From contig NC_042999.1 of NCBI RefSeq assembly GCF_006345805.1, forward strand, positions 109,058,001 through 109,122,000: 64,000 nt of DNA, in the 5' to 3' direction. Within the stretch, counting starts at the first letter, position 1. Each line of letters begins with the position of its first letter. Shown one piece after another: positions 25,545-38,906 of the stretch. This DNA comes from Octopus sinensis. Its lineage: Eukaryota. The notes below the pieces were generated by a model, which did not search any database, had not been told where the DNA came from, and was given only the letters and a program-made list of their open reading frames with translations. The position numbers and the translations under genes were made by a program.

Positions 25545-26874
25545 TATATATACATACACTTATCCTGTACATTTTCTTAAAATAACTCTTTGCTATAACC
25601 CTATAAATGACCTTTCATGTTGGTGATTGCACCCACCCTTTCCCACCCCACCACCAATATGGGAATATCTCTTTCCCACCCCACCACCAATATGGGAATA
25701 TCTCTTTCCCCCCTCTCTCTCTCTCTTTCTTTCTCCCTTTCTCTTTCCCTCTCTCTCTCACCAGAAAACTTTCACTTACTGGACATCCAGTTGCCCCTCC
25801 CCTTTCTCCTCTTCTATTGCTGCCCTCTCCTCTCTCTCCACCTGTCCTTAGACTAACTAAACTAGATAGTAGCCCACTTACTTTCTTTTTCTTCTTTTTG
25901 CAGCATCCGTAACGCTTCTCCCACAAGGCTCATAGTGCTTATATTTACAGTGCCCCAAACACTTTCATATACAATGCTTCCTCACTACCCCCCCCCCCAG
26001 TAGAGGTAACTACCTTAACAACTCTAACATGTCTGAATGACGGTAGATTAAAAGCAAGAACAACTATTATGACGCTTGTTACCAAACATTCATGGGATCC
26101 TTCTTTACAGGTACTGAATAACATCTCTCCTTCCTGTGTTACCTCCCATATCTCTTTCCCAGTTTTCAGAGTTAGCACTCTAAATGTAGGCACATTGAAA
26201 GGTAGATCTAGCAAGATTGTAGAGATGCTTGAATGGAGACATGTTGATGGATGTTGTGTACAAGAGGTAAGATGGAGAGGAGCTTCAACCAGAGTCCCTA
26301 CAGGTAAAGCACATAGGTATAAACTCTTCTGGGAAGGCAATAGTGATGGAATAGGAGGTGTGAGCATACTTCTTGCAGAGAAATGGGTGGATAAGGTTGT
26401 AGAGATTGTGAGGATGTGCAATAGAGTACGTAATCTCAGGCTAGTCTTGCAGTATGGTATAGCTACAATTATATCTGCCTATGCCCCACCAGCAGGCCTA
26501 CTAAATGAACAGAAGGATCACTTTTACGATATTCTTCTGCAGGTTTCCTCAAAGACGAGTGATAATGGTCTCATCTTTGTGGCTGAAGATTTTAATGGGC
26601 ATGTCAGACAGCAACCTGGTATCTTCCATGGTGTACATGGGGGCCATGGAGTTGGTACCAGAAATGAAGAGGGAACTAGTCTCCTGGAGTTCTGCAATGC
26701 AAATAACCTATTGATCTGCAACACAAAATTCAGGAAGCCAGCTAGCCACCTGATAACCTATCAATCAGCTTACTCTGCTAGTCAGATAGAGTTCATTCTC
26801 ACCAGACAGCAGGATGCATGGTTACTCTTTAAATACAAAGACCCTCCCTGGTGAAGAATGTACCCTCCAACATA

Positions 26875-27126
26875 AAAATGTGCCCTTTTAAAGCCTAGCC
26901 AGGCTCATGGGCCTGGTTTCCTGGTTTCTGTGGTGTATGTGTTCCCTAGCTGGATGGGATGCCAGTCCATCACAGTGTTACTCATTTTTGCCAGCTGAGT
27001 GGACTGAAGCAATGTGAAATGAAGTGTTTTGCTCAAGAACACAATGTGTCACCCGGTCCAGGAATCGAAACCACAATCTTACGATCATGGTGCTGACACC
27101 CTAACCACTAAGCCATGCACCTCCAC
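26875..27126 (-). mobile_element. tRNA-derived SINE inserted in the RTE endonuclease, 13-bp TSD
   Basis: TSD accctccaacata at 26862-26874 and 27127-27139; minus-strand A box tggcttagtgg and B box tttcgattcc. Confidence 0.92.
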
Positions 27127-29552
27127 ACCCTCCAACATAGACTAGTTATTATTGACTTTAGACTCAAGGCCAGAAGGATGCTAAAAACCAGACCAATCTG
27201 GAAAAGAAGGACTTGGAAGCTTAGGAACCCTTCACATGGTCAGAGATTTAGGGATATCTTTACTGAGAAATTTGATGATAGGGAGGAGGAGCTTCAGTCC
27301 TGTGACATAGAAGGCAGCTGGGAATTCCTGCGAAACAGCTTGCTGAGTGCCACAGACCAAATCTGTGGCTGGTGCAAAGTCCCTTCCAGACCTTGGGTAA
27401 CATGATGGTGGAACAATACTGTAGACAGGGCTATTAGAGCAAAGAAATAGGCCTGGAATGCCTGGAAGAGTGAGGGTAGGAGGAGAATGTATCAGATAGC
27501 CAAAAGGGAAGCTAAGACTCACGTATATATAGCCAAGGGAGTAGCAGAAAAGAAGAAGTTTGCCAATGTTCAGGGATGTGTGAACCAGAGAACTAAAGTA
27601 TTTCAGATTGCAAGACAGTGTGTGAGAGAAAACCGTGATAGAAGAGAAATGTGTCCACATGGATGATGGTGCCCTAGCATTTAATGATTCTGCAAAGAAA
27701 AAGGCTTGGAGAAGCCATTATGAAAGACTGCTGAATGTGGAGAATGAATGGGAGGAGGAGAGTCTGCCAAAGGTTGACCCAATTGAGGGACCAGCTACCC
27801 GAATCAACAGTACCCAGGTAGATAAAGCAATTAAGGATGTGAAGACAAGGAAAGCACTTGGCCCATCAGGAATCACTGCTGGGATGCTTAAAATATTGGA
27901 CAGTGTGGGTTATGGTCTTGTCATCCACATTGTAAATCAGGTAGTTCATGATAGAGTCATTCCCAAAGACTAGTGTAGCAGTACCATAGTCAACTGCTTT
28001 AGATAGAAATAACTACAAGGGTATCAAATTATTGGGTCAGGTGATGAAAGTTACAGGGAGGGTCATAGCCCAACTAATTATGAAGAAAGTTAACCTAGAT
28101 GAGATGCAGTTTGGTTTTGTGCCAGGCAGAAGCACTACTGATGCTATATTTCTGGTGAGGCAACTGCAGGAGAAATACCTAGCCAAAGATAAACCTTTGT
28201 ACTTGGCTTTTGTTGACTTGGAGAAAAGCTTTGACAGGGTTCCCTGATCCCTTATCTTGTGGTCAATGCAGAAACTGGAGACAGGTGAGTAAGATAAATG
28301 GTAAGAACTGTACCAGCTCTGTACAGGGACACTGTCAGTAAGGTGAGGGTTGACAATGAGTATAGTGAAGAATTCCGAGTAGAAGTAGGGGTTCACCAAC
28401 GATCAATCCTCAGCTTCCTCTTATTCATTATAGTCTGTCAGGCAATAACAGAGGAATTCAAGACAGGCTGTCCCCGGGAGCTCCTCCATGCTGATGACTT
28501 TGCACTAATAGCTGAGTCACTGCCAGAACTAGAGACAAAGTTTAGGGCGTGGAAGCAAGGTCTAGAATTGAAGGGCCTTAGGGTTAACCTAGCCAAAACC
28601 AAAGTCTTAGTGAGTAGGAAGTCTGTCAAATCACAACCCACTTCAAGTACATGGCCCTGCTTGATCTGTAGAAAAGGCATGGGTAGAAACTCCATATGAT
28701 GTACCTGGCGTGAGCTATGGACACATAAAAGGTGAAGCAATATCAAAGGAAAATAGTTTTTGAGTGTGGCAGATGCGCTGGTGCAATAAACACTGAAGAT
28801 GTACAGAAAGCAGTTTCCATCACATGCCAGTGGAGGAAACTAGAAGTAGTTAATAGCTCCTGCTACCTAGGCAACCAAGTCTGTAGTGGGGGTGGTTGCT
28901 CTGAGAGTGTAGTGACTAGAGTAAGAATAGCGTGGGCAAAGTTCAAGGAGCTCCTACCACTGCTGGCAACTAAGGGCCTCTTGCTCAGGGCGAAAGGCAG
29001 ACTATATGATGTATGTGTGTGAACTGCCATGCTACACGGCAGTGAAGCATGGGCCATGAATGCTGAGGACATGCATAGGTTTGAAAGAAATGAAGCTAGT
29101 ATGATCCGCTGGATGTGTGATGTCAGTGTACATGCACAACAGAGTGTAAGTGCCCTGAAAGAAAAGTTGGGCATAAGAAGCATCAAATGTGGTGTGCAAG
29201 AGAGGTGTCTGTGCTGGTATGGTCATGTGTTACATATGAATGCAGACAGCTGTGTGAGAAAGTGCCACTCCCTATCTGTAGAAGGAACCTGTGGAAAAGC
29301 TAGACCCAAGAAGACATGGGATGAGGTGGTGAAGTATGACCTTTGAACATTAGGCCTCACAGAGGCAATGACAGAGACCAGGACTTTTGGAGATATGCTG
29401 TGATTGAGAAGACCTGGCAACTAAAGTGAGATCGCAGCCACACACATCCAGCCCTGTTTAGAATATTCCCGATGCATCAGATGATATGATATGTTTGAGA
29501 AGACCTGTTGAGTCAAGTAAAACCAATATTGTAGCTGGGGCTGGTGCCCACT

Positions 29553-29790
29553 CACTGGCTCCCATGCTGATGAGACGTAAAAAGCACCGTCTGAACGTGG
29601 TCAATGCTAGGTCTGTCTTACTGGCTCCGGTGCTGGTGATGCATAAAAAGTACCAATCGATCGTAACCAATGTCAGTACCCGCTACTGGCCTCTGTGCTG
29701 GTGTCATATAAAAAGCACCATCTGAACATGATCATTGCTAGGCCTGCCTTACTGGCCCCTGTGCCAGTGGTACATAAAAAGCACCCACTA
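29553..29790 (+). repeat. Four ~66-bp tandem units in the RTE 3' UTR
   Basis: Each unit reads actggc..gtgc.ggtg.....taaaaagcacc...; a related array lies at 46640-47005. Confidence 0.85.
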
Positions 29791-32059
29791 CACACTTGGA
29801 GTGGTTGGTGTTAGGAAGGGTATCCAGCTGTAGAAACTCTGCCAGATATATATATATGCACATACATACATGCATACAAACACACACACACAACATAAAT
29901 ACATTTTAATACATTTTCATATACATACACTCATGTGTGTGTGTGTATATAAAATCTTTTCAAAACATTTATATGCAGTTTCAGTGAAATCATAATTTGT
30001 CATGTCTCTGTATATGAAAGCAGATACACAAGATTGATGCCCGTTGCTTTCTCCAATTAGGCATAAATCCTAGAATTTTTAGCAAGCTCTTAAATGAGAA
30101 CAATGTTGTACAGGAATTTCTCAAGAATATTATTAGCTTTGAAGGTTAACTGAATGTAATTTCAACCTTGAATCATAACTGGATCTTAGACCGGGCATGC
30201 ATTTTTGTATACCAGTATATAATAGTTACCACACAGCCTCTTTATGTGTTCATGTGTATGATGCTGCAGCTGCATGCTTATGTGTGTGTAAAGAAAGAGA
30301 ATTTGTTTGTATGTTTCATGTGTATCTAGTATGGCATTGTACAATCCAAGAAGAAATTATATAAAATAAGAAGAATCGTGAAAAAAAAAAAAAAAGAAAA
30401 TGAATTAAAATGCACAGAAACTTTCATTGCTTCACTGCCTTTTTGGACAAATATAACAATAATTAATGCTTAAAACCTAGCTTTTGGAATTTGGGAGGAA
30501 TTAATATATTTTTTTCTTTTTTATTGCTCAACAATTGATACTCTTGTATTAAGAGTATAACAGGTTCATTGAGTTTGTACTTGTTTTAATTTTATAATTG
30601 TTTCATTCCTCCCAAAACAAAATACTGCTATTTATAATATGACACCTAAACTTTTGACACCTAAATTTTTCAAATTTTTCCCATTTTCTGCCTTTCTCTT
30701 CTCCTACATCCATGGTATTATCTTATATTCCTTTCAGTGCTTTCTTTTTTTTTAGTATTTTTTTTTTATAAATTATCATGCCCGAGTTCTTATGTTGGAT
30801 AGGAATTAATGTATAAAATAAGAAAGAGAGAAAGTAAGAGTGAAAGAGAGCAAGGGAAGAAAGAAAGAGACAGGGAACAAGTAAGAGAAAAAAAATTAGA
30901 AAACTCCATTTAATGCTGGCTGCCTTGCAGCTTCTATAGTTATATGTAATGAGGCTTCACTTCTGTTGTAGAAGTGTAGAATTAGATAGAGACACTTGTC
31001 TCTTTCCATTTTTGAGGGGTTATAATCAGCAAAGGCCAGCTGATGGCAAAGTACAGTGTGACAAGCAACATTTAATTTACAACAAAAGTGGTTACTCTTA
31101 AGGGTTAAGAATATAAATTGTATATATGGAGAAATATTCACAACTAATTGCAGCAGTATATTTTTTAGTTTCCATAATTTTTTTTTTTTTACACTTATTT
31201 CAATGTATATGAATTCTATGTTGATGTCTCTTTATTTGTATGTGAGTCTATACGTAAATTTTCACAGCTATCAATTTATATTTTATATGAAGTTGTATAT
31301 GTGTTTGTGTATGTGTATATAATTATATGTATTTGCATGTATATATGTGTGTGTGTGTGTATGAATATATATATGCACATACATAGATACACATATATGT
31401 ATGTGTGTGTGTGTATACACATGCATTTATGCTTGTGTTGTGTGTATATATGTATCTATGTAATCTGTATATGTCTGAGTGCATATATACATATCACCCA
31501 TATATGTATGTGTATATATGCAATTTTAAAAATATTGCCTGTTCAAGTTCTGTATGCATATATAAAAGTAAAACGTCTATAAAATAATAATAATGATGAC
31601 AACGGCGATGAAGATGGCAACAACAACAACAGTAAAAACTAGAACAACAACAATAGTTTCTTTTGACTTAGTACACAGTTCAGTATTTTTGAGGAGGGAT
31701 AAATTGGATGTGTAACATTCATACCATTTCTATGAACACTAGTTGTATATAGGAAGTGAAATATCTTGCCATACATGAGATGCCTTCTCTGAAATTACAA
31801 TAGATTCTTAACAACCAGATGTGATTTATCTCATTTTAAAAATACCAAAGTAAAATCACAAACTTTCTTCTAATACATTAAAGTAAGCAAAAAAGAAGGA
31901 AGTGTCAAAAAGGTTTGGGATAGTGAACTGGAAAGTCATCAGGACCTGTAAAGTGAAGTTTATATCTTGTGTCTTGAGTGCATAAACTACACACGGTGAT
32001 CTCTCATAAGAGTGACAAGAAATGAAAACTAACTAAATTACATATCTTGTATCTTCTAT

Positions 32060-34420
32060 CATTTACTTGTTACAGTCATTAGATGGATGCCATGCTGGGG
32101 CGCAACCTTGAAGGATCTAATCAAAGAGATCAACCCCAGTAATTTTCTTTAAAGTCTGGTACTTATTTTATCAGTTGCTTTTTGCTGAACTACAACATTA
32201 TGAGAATGTAAACAAACCAGCCTCGGTTGTTAAGCAGTGGTGGGGGCAAACACAAGCACAAAGACACACACACATGCATGTACGCACGCATGCACAACAG
32301 GTTTCTTTCAGATTCTGTCTATCATGCTGTCAGACTGAACTTAGAACCATGTGGTTGGAATGCAAACTTCTTACCAAACAGCTATGCCTGAGCAAATGTT
32401 TACTGGAATTACAGACAAGTTTTACTGTGATGATGTAATTCATACTGGGAGTGAATCTAAGAAATGTATGATAGCCAAGATACGACTAAAAGTGAGGGAA
32501 CTATTGCTATGTTGGGAAAGGATTTTCTTATGTTTTTCATTTTCTTTGGTTTATTTTTGAATTAATACCAGGCGTCCGAAAAATGTGAAGTGAAATACTG
32601 GTTTCAAATTTTGGCACAAGGACAGCAATTTCAGGATTGGGAGTGAGTTGATTAAATGAACCCCAGTGTTCAACTGGTACTTATTTTATCGATCCTGAAA
32701 AGATGAAAGATGAAGTTGACCTTGGCAGAATTTGAACTCAGAATGTAAAGGCAGATGAAATGCCACTAAGTATTTTGCCAAGCATCTTAATGATTCTGCC
32801 TGCTCACCATCTAATGCAAAGTGAAATATTAACATCAAATATCTGGTGTGGCTGAGTGGTAAGAAATTAATTTTCCAAACCTCATGATTACAGGTTCAGT
32901 CTCACTTGGGTAAGTTCTACTATAGCTTCAGGTTGGCCAAAGTATTGTCAGTGGATTTGGTTGATTGAAACTGAAAAAAGCCTGTCTCATATGTATGCAT
33001 GTGTGTATTTGTATTTGTGTTAGTCTCCCAAGCCAGTTTTGGTTTGTTTATTATCCTGTAGCTTAGTGTTTGGGCAAAAAAGATCAACAGATTAAGCCTT
33101 AAGTTAAAAAAATAAATACTGGAGTTGTTTGACTAAATCTTTCAAGGTGGTGCCCTAGCATGGCTGCAGTCTAATGACTAAAACAAGCAAGATAAAAATA
33201 AATATGTATCTTGTATGGATATTGCTTATTTACCAGGGATGTTGGGCTGGGATAATTTACTTCAAGGGATAAATTGAACATTTAAGGTATTGGTTGTGTA
33301 CTGGGCAGAAAGTAACATTGTGAACAGATGGTAAGACAAATAGATGATAAATATTAGCTTTCAGTTGATAATACACCTATCTACTATAAAAGTAGACAAA
33401 AATAAATGACTTGGAAGGTAGTGGTAAAGCCATATTTGAAATCATTAGATCTTTCAGCTATGATGATACACGATTGAGATATATGAAGAAATGTGGTATT
33501 ATAAGCCTTTTAAATTAATGTTGACATTAAAAACAAAGGAAACATTAAAATGATGATGATGTTAATGATAATAAGAGTATTTAGTGTAAGATCATACACT
33601 TCAACATGCTGTTACACAAAGCAGCTGCATGTAGTACTTAAAAAATGATTGAAAATTTCATTTAATTTTCAGTTAATGATATAGACTAATTCAATCATCT
33701 CACCACATCTGTTCTGAGAATTGTCATGAAGAAATGTGAATTTAGTTATTTAGTAGATGTAAATTAGTTTGAAAGATTTAATTTCACATTTTAGAAAACG
33801 AGTAAATTTACAATCATTTGATTTATTGTAGCACAATTTGGATCTTTACTAATCAGGAATTTAATTAATTAATATGTAACATGACATCTAAATGATTTTC
33901 AAATTGGAAGATAAAACTATTTTAATCTTTTAGCTATAATTGTTATGAGTAATGCTGTGAATAAATCTGAAGTAAGCATAGTCTCTTTTATCTTTATCTT
34001 TTACGTGTTTCAGTTGTTGGACTGTGGTCATGCTGGGGCACCACCTGCAAGGATTTTAGTCAAATGAATCAACCTCAGTACTTAATATTTCCAAACCTGG
34101 TGCTTATTTTATCCGTCTCTTGTGCTGAGAGCCACCAAGTTATGGAGACATAAACAAACCAACTCTGGTTGTCAAGAAGTGGTGGGATACAAATACAAAC
34201 ATGAAACACACACACACACACACACACTCACTCTCTCTCTCTCTCTCTCTCTCATACTTATTTATATGTGATGGGCTTCTTTCAGTTTCTGTCCACCAGA
34301 TTCACTCACAAGGCTTTGGTTCATTTGAAGCTGTAGTGGAAGACACTTGCCCAAGCTGTCATGCAGTGGGACTGAACCCAGAACCTTGTGATTGTGAAGC
34401 AAACTTCTTACTACACAGTC
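32060..34420. mobile_element. Cluster of decayed SINE copies (32060-32390 -, 32600-32810 -, 32846-33200 +, 33990-34420 -)
   Basis: Shared blocks with the intact copies at 47667-48055 and 37543-37753. Confidence 0.75.
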
Positions 34421-34898
34421 ATATTTGTTTGATAAAAAAATCTTTTTTTTTCTTATTGTTGAGATTTTATATAAATGATAAATATTTCTATGTAAACAAT
34501 TAAGAGAGAGTCAGAGAAAACTGGTGGCAGGCTGTGTCAGTAAAAATTATAGAAGGAACTTCATGAGTTGAGAAAAAGTGAAAAACACTTTTTCCCCTTT
34601 AAATGTTAAGTTGATTTTTTTTTTGTGCTGATACATAATTGTATTCAAATTTATGAACTATCACAGCATTTGGCATGTTTGTTGTACATCTGACCTGCTA
34701 AAAGAAGTTGCAAATGTGACTATTATGATAAAAGCTATTCACTGGTTAAAGCATGTTATAATATCTATTGGTTAAAACTACATCTATGTTAATAGAATAA
34801 TTAATGTATTCTGCTGACTTAATTCTCGTTGCTTGAGATACATATAAAACATTCAGTAGAATTTGCTTTTATATATGAACTGAGTTTTGTCTAAATGC

Positions 34899-34940
<42 letters not shown>

Positions 34941-35645
34941 TAATGGTTTCAAATTTTGGCACAGAGCCAACAGCTTTTGAAGGGAGTGGGAAGTCAATTA
35001 CATCAACTCCAGTATTTGACTGGTACATATTTTATCGATGCTGAAAGGATGAAAGGTAAAGTCAACCTTGGCAGAATTTGAACTCAGAACGTAAAGCCAG
35101 ATGAAATGCCACTAAGTTATTTTGTCCACTGTACTAACAATTTTGCCAGCTCTCTGCCTTAATAATAATAGTAATAATAATAATAATCCTTTCTACTATA
35201 GGCACAAGGTCTGAAATCTTGGGGGAAGAGATAGTCAAATCGACCTTGAAAGGATGAGAGGCAAAGTCAACGTAAGCAGAATTTGAACTCAGAATGTGAA
35301 GATGGATGAAATACTATTAAGCATTTCACTTAGCATGCTAATGAATAATAATAATAATAATAATACTAATGGTTCCAAATTTTTGACACAGAGCCAGTAG
35401 TTTTTGAATGGAGTACTTGACCCCAGTACTTGACTGGCAAGTATTTTATCAACCCTGAGAGGATGAAAGACTAAGTTGGTCTCAGCAAAATTTGAACCTA
35501 GAATGTAAAGGTGGGTGAAATACCACTAATCATCATCATCGTCATCGTCATCACCACCACCACCACCATCACCATCATCATCATCATCATCATCATCATT
35601 ATTACTGCTACTACTACTACTACTACTATTAATAATAATAATAAT
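34899..35645 (-). mobile_element. Tandem array of three Nin/Deu-domain-like SINEs separated by (AAT)n/(CAT)n
   Basis: Repeated gaaaggatgaaaggtaaagtcaacc..cagaatttgaactcagaa blocks at ~35040, ~35250 and ~35460. Confidence 0.85.
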
Positions 35646-36664
35646 CATAGACAAAGGACATTTTCAAAGAGTAAATTCAACTGAATTTTATTGTTTCAGT
35701 TTCTCAGTCTTCCAGAATTTATCTTCTACTTACAAGGCTAGAAGAATGTTCTTAAAGTGATTATAAAACAATGAAAGTAAAGAATAGGTTATTAAAGTTT
35801 GTTATAACTATGAAAATTCATTTTATAGTTACATACACTATGTTACAGTAATAAAACCAATAAGATTATAGATTTATTGATAGATATTGGGTATTTTATA
35901 TCTATCTAAATGATGTTTAACAAAATAAAATAAATATAAAAAATATATAAGGAAAATATTTTCAAAAGTACAATGTATTAAATTATCACTCTACTGTAAA
36001 TCAGCTCTATCTTTCTTCCTGGTTCATTTAACAAATAAAACCATTCCCCTTCTTAAAGCTTAGTTAATAAGAATTATAAAACAAAATGTATGACTATCAA
36101 AATATATATACAAGACAGTTTACCTATATGGAAGGCAAGGATCTCTAACATTAAGGACAAGCAAATTCAATCATGCCTGTACTTCAAAATATATGAGGGA
36201 TGTTTTAAGACCTTCTACATTCCGTATGTGCATGTGGGAAGAATATGATAGAAGCAAATGTTCTCCTGCAACTGTAGTAGCAGCAGAATACTTATAGCTT
36301 CGTCTTTATAGTCAATAAACTTTAATAAAAATATCAGCAAATCTTATCAGGTGGTTTCATAAACTTCTTGAACAGCAAAAATAACACACACACACACACC
36401 ACATACAGCACACACACACACACGCACACACACACACACAATTACACATGCATATGCATACATACACACACACATTCCCTCCACTTGCATACAAACAAAC
36501 AAAATGATTAGATACAAAATGAAACACTTAAGTTAGAGTTTCGTAAAACTGTGAGTAGATATTCTCTATTCTCTACATTAATTTCCAGGAAACAATTAGA
36601 TTGCTCTTAAAAATTGTTTATACATACTTTCTATTAATGAATTATGTCAGTAAAAGTAAGAAAG

Positions 36665-37481
36665 CTGAATTTTGTCAAATAAGCAAACAGATTTTACTGA
36701 GGTTGACTTTGCCTTCCATCTTTTTCGGGGCCAATGAAATAAGTACTAGCGAAAGTATAAGTGAAATGCTTAGCTGTAATTTCACCAGTCGCTACATTCT
36801 GAGTTCAAATTCCACCAAGGTTGACTTTGCTTTCATTCTTTTGGGGTTGATAAAATAAGTACCAGAAATAAGCACTTGGGGGGATATAATCGATTAGCTT
36901 CCACCGACAAAATTTCAGGTTTTGTGACTATAGTAGAAAGGATTATTATTATTATTATTATTAAGGTGGCAAGCTGGCAGAATTGTTGGCATGCCTGGTG
37001 AAATGCTAAGTGGTATTTCACCCATTGCTACATTCTGAGTTCAAATTTCACTGAGGTCGACTTCGCCTTTCATCCTTTCAGGGTCGATTAAATAAGTACC
37101 AGTTACACACTGGAGTTGATGTAATTGACTTAATCCCTTCCCCCAAGCTGCTCTTGTGGCAAAAATTTGAAATAATAATAATAATAATTATTATTAAGGC
37201 AGTGATCAGACAGAATTGTTAGCACGCTGGATGAAATGCTTAGCGGTATTTCACCCATTGCTACATTCTAATTTCAAACTCTGCTGGGGGCGACTTTACC
37301 TTTCATCCTTTCAGGGTCAATAAATTAAGCACCAGTGAAATGCTGGGGTTGATGTAATTGACTGGTCCCCTGCCCCAAAATTTCAGGCCTTGTGCATATA
37401 GTAGAAAGGATTCTTCTTCTTCTTCTTCTTCTTCTTCTCTTCTTCTTCTTCTTCTTCTTCTCCTTGTCGTCGTCGTCGTCG

Positions 37482-37530
<49 letters not shown>

Positions 37531-37995
37531 TATTTTTATTATCAAGACAGTGAGCTGGCAGAATGATAAGCACACTGGGGAAAATGCTTAGTGGCATTTC
37601 GTCTTTATGTTCTGAGTTCAAATTCCGCTAAGGTTGATTTTGTCTTTCATCCCTTCAGGGTTGATAAATTAAGTACCAGTTGCATACTGAGGTTGATCTA
37701 ATCGACTGGCCCCTTTCCCCCAAATTTCAGGCCTTGTGCCTATAGTAGAAAGGATTATTATTATCATTGTTAACGATGACTAGCTAGCAGGATTGTTATA
37801 GGATTATAAAAATGCCTTGTGGTATTAGATCTCATATTTTATGTTCTAAGTTCAAATACTGCTGCAGTCAACTTTGCTTTTCTTCCTTTTGGGGGGGGGG
37901 GCTATAAAGTACAAGTAAATTACTGTTATTTATGGGATAGACTTACACCTTCCCATGAAAATTTGTTGGCCTTGTACTTAAATCAGAAAACATTA
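36665..37995 (+). mobile_element. Tandem array of five to six Nin/Deu-domain-like SINEs separated by trinucleotide repeats
   Basis: Repeated ttctgagttcaaat...gactttgcctttcatcctttcagggtcgat.aaat.agtaccag; spacers (ATT)n, (CTT)n, (GTC)n, (CAT)n. Confidence 0.88.
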
Positions 37996-38707
37996 TTGCC
38001 ATTACCATCATGTTTTTGGTAGTTTTATGTGAGTTTTACTTCACAACCAAATGCACCTTTTTGTTCCTGACTGTTGAATTGTGAATGTTCAATTGTGTTT
38101 GTATGTTACTCATGTTTTGCATTGCTATGGGATTTCGTTTGTTGTTTATGGTTTTATTTTAGTGTTTCATCTGTTGTGTGTGTGTGTGTGTGAGATGTAA
38201 TTTGAGTGAGTTGCTAGTGTTTTAACATTGGTTATCAATTAAGTAAGGGTGTGCATTGTGCTATATTGTTTGGTGGTGATGCTGAACAGTATGCATTGTG
38301 TTGTTTTAGTGGGTGGTCATTGTATAAGCTGTTTTTGTTCAGAGGATGTACTATTTGAGTTATGCTGTTGAACTGAAAGTATTTTACATAGGCACAGGAG
38401 TGACTGTGGTAAGAAGCTTGCTTCCCAACCACATAATTCTGGGTTCAGTCCCATTGCATGGCTCCTTGGGCAAGTGTCATCTACTATAGTCTCAGGCCAA
38501 CCAAAGCCTTGTGAGTGGATTTGGTAGATGGAAACTGAAAGAAGCCTGTTGTATATATGTGTGTGTGTTGATATCTGGAGTTGGTGTCTTTATGTCCCTG
38601 TAACTTAGCAGTTCAGCAAAAGAGACTGGTAGAATATGTACCAGGCTTAAAAAATAAAAAAAGTATTTACATTCGACAGATATTTGTCCTCATCTTGTTT
38701 GTTGTTA

Positions 38708-38751
38708 ACACAACGTTTCAGCTGATATACCCTCCAGTCTTCTTCAGGTGT
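38708..38751 (-). ncRNA. Minimal type I hammerhead ribozyme
   Basis: acac-CTGAAGA-agactg(gagggtatat)cagct-GAAAC-GTT-gtgt: intact core, 4-bp stem I, loopless palindromic AACGTT stem III. Confidence 0.75.
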
Positions 38752-38835
38752 GTTGGGGAAATTTCTAACCTGGGTTCTCATTCCTAAGGTATTTTACGAT
38801 GTTATTATTATTATTATTGTTGTTGTTAGTGTTCA

Positions 38836-38906
38836 GGTCACTGCTGGGAATCGAACTCAATCTTTGAGCTAGTAGCCTGCGCTCTTAACCGCTACACCAT
38901 ATGCCC
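38836..38906 (-). ncRNA. tRNA-like Pol III promoter cassette (not a functional tRNA)
   Basis: gggcataTGGTGTAGCGGttaagagcgcaggctactagctcaaagattgaGTTCGATTCCcagcagtgacc: A and B boxes present; acceptor and anticodon stems imperfect. Confidence 0.75.

Larger units (their letters stand above)
23942..25545 (-). mobile_element. 5'-truncated Penelope-like element, Naiad-type
   Basis: RT plus GIY-YIG ORF followed by a 3' region with an HHR motif; (TA)n at both ends. Confidence 0.88.
25610..29846 (+). mobile_element. Near full-length RTE-clade LINE (APE + RT), inactivated
   Basis: APE: TLNVGTL, VQEVRW, SAYAP, EDFNGHV; RT: FGFVPGRSTTDAIF, AFVDLEKSFDRVP, GVHQRSILS, HADD, WYGHVL; multiple stops and frameshifts; repetitive 3' UTR. 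Confidence 0.95.

Noticed and set aside
37303-37621. Poly-D/K/R/E/M ORFs
   Set aside because: Compound (CTT)n(GTC)n(CAT)n microsatellite between SINE copies.
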